Assembly (NCBI RefSeq): GCF_006345805.1
Contig: NC_043009.1
Coordinates: 12,772,001-12,836,000, forward strand
From: Octopus sinensis
Lineage: Eukaryota
Reading direction: 5' to 3'
DNA length: 64,000 nt
Shown: piece by piece, positions 55,963-64,000 of the stretch
Position numbering within the stretch: the first letter of the stretch is position 1
How the letters are laid out: each line of letters starts with the position of its first letter
The notes under the pieces: generated by a model
Database searches by the model: none
Seen by the model: the letters and a program-made list of their open reading frames with translations, nothing else
Told to the model about the DNA's origin: nothing
Made by a program: the position numbers and the translations under genes

Positions 55963-56562
55963 TTCTTAACAACAACAAACATTTTAAGTACCCACCTGAA
56001 GTGAGGTGGGCTTAGCTTTGTGAACTTTACCCATGGCAACAACCAAGCCACCCATCATTGGCTCTCTTTCTGATTTTATCTTTTACAGCTGTTTGAACTT
56101 TTAATGATGCCAACCTCTTTTATTTTCTGCTTACCACATGAAGGAATATCGTTTAGTGTCAAATTTCTTTCTTCCAATGAAAATTTAAAAACAAACACCG
56201 TCTTCTAAAGTTATCTCAACAGTGTTTAGTTGAGTTAATATAAAACATAGAGTGTGGGAAGGCTCTTATCACACACTGTTATATTTCTTTTCCAATGTAC
56301 ATACATTTAATTATAGAAGACGGTGTTTGTTTTTAAATTTTCATTGGAAGAAAGAAATTTGACATTAAACGATATTCCTTCATGTGGTAAGCAGAAAATA
56401 AAAGAGGTTGGCATCATTAAAAGTTCAAACAGCTGTAAAAGATAAAATCAAAAGAGAGCCAAGAGATGAGGGTGGCTTGGTTGTTGCCATGGGGGTAAAG
56501 TTCACAAAGCTAAGCCCACCTCACTTCAGGTGGGTACTTAAAATGTTTGTTGTTGTTAAGAA
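55963..56562. repeat. Inverted repeat (245-bp arms, 106-nt spacer) just downstream of the ZNF array
   Basis: 55963-56207 is the reverse complement of 56314-56562 apart from a few indels. Confidence 0.92.
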
Positions 56563-56629
56563 GTTCCACATTGATACAGTTACACTTTTATCTGGATACA
56601 TATACAATCGCTTAAATCATGATGCTGAG

Positions 56630-56945
56630 AGAACGATTTACTACAAATTAGCTTCCGTACCCGTGACATGTAAAAGGGAACCATTCGAGCGTGATCGTTA
56701 CCAACGTCGCTTCACTGGCACGTGTAAAAAGATTTGAGTGAGGTGATTGCCCCCCCCCCCTGCCAGTGGCACCTAAAAAGCAACCACTACACTCTCAGAG
56801 TGGTTGGCCTTAGGAAGGGTATCCAGCTGTAGAAACGCTGCCAGATCAGATTGGGGCCTGGTGCAGCCATCTGGTCCGCCAGCCTTCAATCAAAATCGTC
56901 CAACCCATGCTAGCATGGAAAGCAGACGTTAAACGATGACGATGA
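56630..56945 (+). mobile_element. RTE-type 3' tail (LINE end or RTE-tailed SINE) inserted in the ZNF array
   Basis: gagtggttggccttaggaagggtatccagctgtagaaac...gacgttaaacgatgacgatgat. Confidence 0.75.
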
Positions 56946-56992
56946 TCAGTGATGTGGCTTCTATCCTGTATGAGCACATTTGTATACTCTTA

Positions 56993-57169
<177 letters not shown>

Positions 57170-57172
57170 TCA

Positions 57173-57829
<657 letters not shown>

Positions 57830-57916
57830 TTAAACTACTATTGTTAGAGAGTGCCTTCTTACAAATATTACACTTAAATGGCATCTCTTCTGTATGAATA
57901 TGTTTATGAATAGTCA

Positions 57917-58561
<645 letters not shown>

Positions 58562-58562
58562 T

Positions 58563-60633
58563 CATAAGTTATATTTCTATGGTAACGTAATTTTGGTTTG
58601 ATTTTTTTAACGGCTAAGAATTTAATTTCACTTCATAATTTGAAACTGACTTGTAAGTATGTATTTTATTTCTCCTTATGTCATATTGTTATTTTTGATA
58701 TTCTGGTTAATTACGATGTATTTAATGTTGTTTTTCATAGGAGTGTTTATGTATATGATATTGTGTGTGAGTTTAGTTGTATAATTTATTTATCGTATGA
58801 GTGTGGGTGTGTAATGTTGTTGAAATATTGTGTATATATCGAGTTTAGTGAGTATGTATATGCGTAAGTGAGGGAGTATATGTATCTGTGTGTGTGTGTG
58901 TTTTGCGTGTGTGTGTGTTTGTGTGTGAATGTGTATAGGGTTTGTTATTTAGGTTTTGGGATGTATGTGTTAATTTGTCTGTGTGGGGAGGGAGTGGGTT
59001 TTTGGTGTATATTGAGGTTATAAGTTAGTATAGGTATGTGTATAGTCGTGGGTCTGTGGTTTACGTGTGTGTTTTTTGTCTGTGAATGTTTAGGTTAGAG
59101 GGATTGCTATATAGGTTTGTTATAGAGTTTAGCAAAGGGAGATTTTATCGTTATATGTTTTTAAGAGTTTTGGTTTTATCATGGTTTTTTTAGGGAATTG
59201 TGGTAATTTGTCTATTTTCGATGTTGGTTGTTTTATTACATTGTTTCATTCATAATTTTTGAGTGGTGTTCGTTTTGCCACGTGAATATTATTTTTAATT
59301 CTATTTATTCCATTTCTCCATTCATTATTTTAAAAGATGTTCGTTTCCAGAGCGGTTATACTTTTTATACATGTTAAGTTCCTTGGTAAAGTAATTTTGT
59401 TTGGTGTATATGTTGAGGCTTATATGTACTTGTGGGTTGTGTGAGTGGTGGGGTGTTTGTAATTGTTATGGGTGTGTGGTTTACGTGTGTGTATTTGTGT
59501 GTGAATGTATAGGTTAAAGGGATTGCTATATAAGTATGTTATAGTGTTTAGTAAAGGGAGCTTTATCATTTATGTTTTGTGAGTTTTAGCTTATCATGGT
59601 AGTTTTATAAAAGAATCCATTCATAATTTTTGTGTTTATTTATTTGTCTGTGTGGGGTTGAGTGGGTTTTTTGGAGTATATGTTGAGGTTTATATGTATG
59701 TATAGGTATGTGTAAGTGGTGTGTGGTTTTGTATATATGTCGTGGGTGTGTGGTTACGTGTGTGTATTTGTGTGTGAATGTTAGGTTAGGGGGGTGCTAT
59801 ATAGGTATGTTATAGAGTTTAGTAAAGGGAGATTTTATCATTATATGTTTTTATGAGTTTTGGTTTATCATGGTAGGTTTGTTAAGGATTCGTAGTAATT
59901 TGTGTCTATTTGCGATGTCTGTTGTTTTTTATTTGCATTGTTTCATTCATAATTTTTAAGTAGTGTTCGTTTTACCAAGTGAATATAATTTTTAATAATT
60001 CCATTTATTCCATTTCTCCGTTCATAATTTTAAGTGATGTCCGTTTTCTAGAGCGTGAATGTGGGTTGTAATGTGTGTGTGTGGGAGTATGAATAGTATT
60101 GTGTTGAAGTATTTAGCTATTTTATTTATTTATAGTTGCCTAGACGTTTTTATGTGTATGTATAGGGATATATATATAGGTTGTGATTTAGTGTATGTAG
60201 TTAGATATGGTTAATATAATTAGGTATATGTGTATGGTTTGTATATATAGTTTATTATATATATTATTATATTTTTTTGTTTTGTTTTTATATTTTATAT
60301 TTTATATTTTATATTTTATATTTATTGTTGATAGGTTTATTTTAGTTTATATATTGTTTATATATTGATTATATATGGATTATATATAGGTTATTATGGA
60401 TTATATATTTATATTTTTTCATTCATACTTTATTATTTTAAAATTATTATTTTTTTATATTTTAAAATATTGATATTTTAGATCGGAAGTCCACCTGAAG
60501 ATTGTCGATCAAGACAAGAAACAATTGTAGTGGCGGTTTTTTTTTTGACTATTTATTAAAATTTTATGTATTGATTAAGTCTTTCCTTGTTTGTTTTGCA
60601 AAATAGTGGTTTTGTCTCTAATAATATTTTTAA
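58563..60633 (+). mobile_element. PLE-like repeat, right arm of the 2-kb inverted repeat
   Basis: Begins exactly at the broken ZNF linker; reverse complement of 52180-54242. Confidence 0.7.
60491..60533 (+). ncRNA. Minimal type I hammerhead ribozyme (copy of 52276-52318)
   Basis: ccac-CTGAAGA-ttgtc gatcaa gacaa-GAAA-c aatt g-TA-gtgg; predicted cleavage after 60529. Confidence 0.85.
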
Positions 60634-60729
60634 TAATATTTACTATAAAATTGGATTTAATCCTAAATCTGATTTTTTTTCCCTGTAAATTTGGATTATT
60701 CCCTAATATTTATTTTATATATAATATAT

Positions 60730-60856
<127 letters not shown>

Positions 60857-61334
60857 TTACGAAAAAACAAAAGACGAAGACAAGTGGTATACAAAACAAG
60901 ACGTATTAGTATAACGCTAAGGAATAGAAAAAGTCTTTTACGTTTCGAACCTACGCTCTTCTACAGAAAGGGACACAGAAAAAAAAAGGAGAGAAAAAAA
61001 TGTGTGTGGTGGTTAACGATCTACCATGGCGACTAGTGCCGGACAGAAGGTTCAAACACGAGAAGGGAAGTAGGGGAGATAGCAAGGTAAAGATGACCCC
61101 CCAACACAAAGGTGCGTGTGTGTATAAGAGAGTATGTATGTGCGTGTGAAAGAGGGCTGGTGGTCTGGACGTGTGCGTGTATGTGTGTGTAGGTGTGAAG
61201 ATGTGGGGATGGGTGTGTGGGTGGTGTGTTGTGATGTGATGTGTAATGTTGTAAGGTGTGGTGTGGTATGATGTTGTTGGGAGGTGGGGGAGTGAGAGTG
61301 GGGAAAGCACGAGTGGGTTTTGGGTCTTCATCAG

Positions 61335-61489
61335 TCTTCAGCCATTCATAGAGGTTTTCCATCAATACATATACTTATTTCCATGTCAATTGCTAACATA
61401 ATAAGGAGGGTAGATATACAGACCAATGTTAGCAATTGACATGGAAATAAGTATATGCATTGATGGAAAACCTCTATGAATGGCTGAAG
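61335..61489. repeat. Near-perfect hairpin (65-bp arms, 26-nt loop)
   Basis: tcttcagcc...gctaacat / atgttagc...ggctgaaga, one mismatch. Confidence 0.9.
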
Positions 61490-61596
61490 ATTGCTCAACA
61501 TTTTAAAACTGATGTAATACTTACAATGTTTAATAAAATGATGAAGCATGAAACGATCGTACCAAATTAGCGAAGATATTCTTGTAGCTTACTTTG

Positions 61597-61651
<55 letters not shown>

Positions 61652-61692
61652 TTATATATATATATATACTATATATATATATATATATAATA

Positions 61693-61792
<100 letters not shown>

Positions 61793-62620
61793 TACATATC
61801 TATCCGTGGCATGAGTGTGCAAGTGGATGTGTGTTTATTACACCATCTACGTATAGATGAATATATATATGTATATGTATCAGTACAATATAGTACAGTA
61901 AAGGTGCCTTACCAAACGGAATCCTCTCCAACGCACTCTTAAAATGAAACAATTGGTTCTCTTGCAATATAAATCATAATAAAAAAAAAACTAAAAGAAA
62001 TAATTTGTGTGATGTTTAGTTAATAACTTTCAACTGAAACTAAGTGGGATAATGAATGTTTTATTGGAAGATCTTTCCTTCTTGAACCTTCAGTATTGAG
62101 TTAGAATCATGTGAGTACAGTATTTTGGCAATTCCCATTTCTCAAGACTTTGCTTTTCAACTAGCCTACCTCTTGTCTTTGTCTAAATAAATCTATGAAA
62201 GAAATCTGTGATTAAATTCGCTCCAGCTGCGTGAGACTTATCTTATTTTCATTATTCATAATATATATTTTTGATCACACTATCCAATATATACTCTCAA
62301 GTTTTATAAACGGTAGGATGTGGTTTGAGCGAGATTAAGATATTGCAGGGATATTGAAGCGCTTTTAAAATATGAGAGAATGGTTATTGTAGAAATAACT
62401 CTTCCACTTAAACAAGGCGTGAACGAAGCACAATACATACAAAGACACAGACACATACGTACGTATAGAAAAACGAATAAAAGCTGAGGTAATTAAACTC
62501 TGCCTTGGTACGGTCACGACCAGTAATAAATCAAAAAGAAAATTACCTGTTATATATCGACCGATATGTTCAATAATCACTACTAGAACCTGCTGCCACT
62601 GGGCGGCGTAATTGTATACC

Positions 62621-62850
62621 TATTTCTTTACTACCCACAAGGGACTAAAGACAGAGGGGACAAACAAGGACAGACAAACGGATTAAGTCGATTACATCGA
62701 CCCCAGTGCGTAACTGGTACTTAATTTATCGTCCCTGAAAGGATGAAAAGCAAAGTCGGCCTCGGCTGAGTTTGAACTCAGGACGTAACGGCAGACGAAA
62801 TATGGCTATGCATTTCGCCCGACCTGCTAACGTTTTTGTCAGCTCGCCGC
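62621..62850 (-). mobile_element. Monomeric SINE (gtcgactttgcctttcatcc core)
   Basis: Complete head and body; ~13-bp imperfect TSD gtatacaa(c/t)tacg on the minus strand. Confidence 0.85.
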
Positions 62851-63840
62851 GTAGTTGTATACTATTACATGAAACCTTATACAATGCACCTCTACATTTT
62901 CAAAGGAAGTAGTGGGGTCATCTTCTAGGTGGAGATGTATTAGATTTGAAAATGAAACCTATCCTCTTACCGATTGTCTATTTTCCATAGATGAGATACA
63001 TCGAAGCTGAACTTGGCTAAACAACGAGAGATTCACAAACCCCGACTCAACGACAATAACACTCTTCTCGCCAATACACCATCATTTCACAAAACTTGCA
63101 ACAACACAGCTCTTTCAAAATAAAAATGTGCAGCCAAATCTACATCAAATATTACCCAATTACTTTAGGCAGGAGTAAAAAAGTAGTGCCCGTGAATTTC
63201 TACAGGAACTCTGCGATTAGTGGGAAAGTGGGAGAGAAAGATGTCCTCTAACCCGATATCAGGCACGGATGTTAAATTTAGGGTAGACTCTGGTAAAACA
63301 AGCAAAGATCAGGTGGTGGTGTTAAACCATGGGTGGATTAAATCTACCATCCAAGTAGGTAATGGTGAAATTTGAACTCAGAACATTAAAAGCTGGAAAA
63401 ATATTGCTAGGCATACCGTCCAACGAATTTGCCAATTTTATCACCTTAGGCTCGTTCATTATTCAGTGAATCTGGAAGAATGAAAACAAAGTTGACCTAG
63501 GCAAGACTTGAATTTAGAAAGCAAGAAAAATACGCAAGGCATTTTATCCGATGCATGCATTAACGTGCAAAAATATAATATTCCAGAATAAAAACAGAGC
63601 TGTCACGATTAGAAGGTCGAATAATATGTCCTCGAAATGTAGAAACACTTCTTACAATGAGTACGAAAGAAGTGAACTCGAAAGCACCTATAACACCTGT
63701 TTCTTACAGCCAACTTACAAAAAGATCAATAAGCAATAAAATTGACAAATATTCAAGAAAAATACTGGGTTTTGTAGAAAAATTAGCTACAACAATAGCA
63801 ATGAGTCTAACATTTCTATTCAAGAGGTACCATTGATATC

Positions 63841-64000
63841 AAGGCGGCGAGCTGGCAGAAACGTTAGCATGCCGGGCGAAATGCGTAGCCGTATTTCGTC
63901 TGCCGTTACGTTCTGAGTTCAAATTCCGCCGAGGTCGACTTTGCCTTTCATCCTTTCGGGGTCGATTAAATCAGTACCAGTTACGCACTGGCGTCGAAAT
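63841..64000 (+). mobile_element. SINE of the same family running off the window end
   Basis: aaggcggcgagctggcagaaacgttagc...gagttcaaattcc...gtcgactttgcctttcatcc. Confidence 0.85.

Noticed and set aside
60925-60970. gagc-gtag-gttc-GAAAC hairpin on the minus strand
   Set aside because: Core is non-canonical (ctgtaga) and no stem I pairs.

Overview
AT-rich animal genomic DNA, most likely octopus/coleoid (inferred from the SINE families, microsatellite load and cephalopod-style C2H2 array). I found no intact protein-coding gene. Most ORF-track entries are translations of (TA)n, (CA)n, (TATC)n or (CAT)n repeats. The window holds tRNA-derived SINEs, LINE fragments (RTE, Tx1/L1, CR1, RLE-type), Tc1/mariner relics (DD34E, DD34D, DD37D-like), a Helentron-type element, a MITE and a disrupted ~15-finger C2H2 zinc-finger array (56.6-58.6 kb, minus). 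The main unannotated signal is nine type I hammerhead ribozyme motifs from eight unrelated sequence families, parsed base by base. Most have the short palindromic stem III typical of Penelope-like elements (PLEs); seven have an intact catalytic core. Many local inverted or templated duplications are also present, including a 2-kb hammerhead-bearing inverted repeat that brackets and truncates the zinc-finger array. Boundaries of decayed repeats are approximate and family names come from motif recognition, not database searches.
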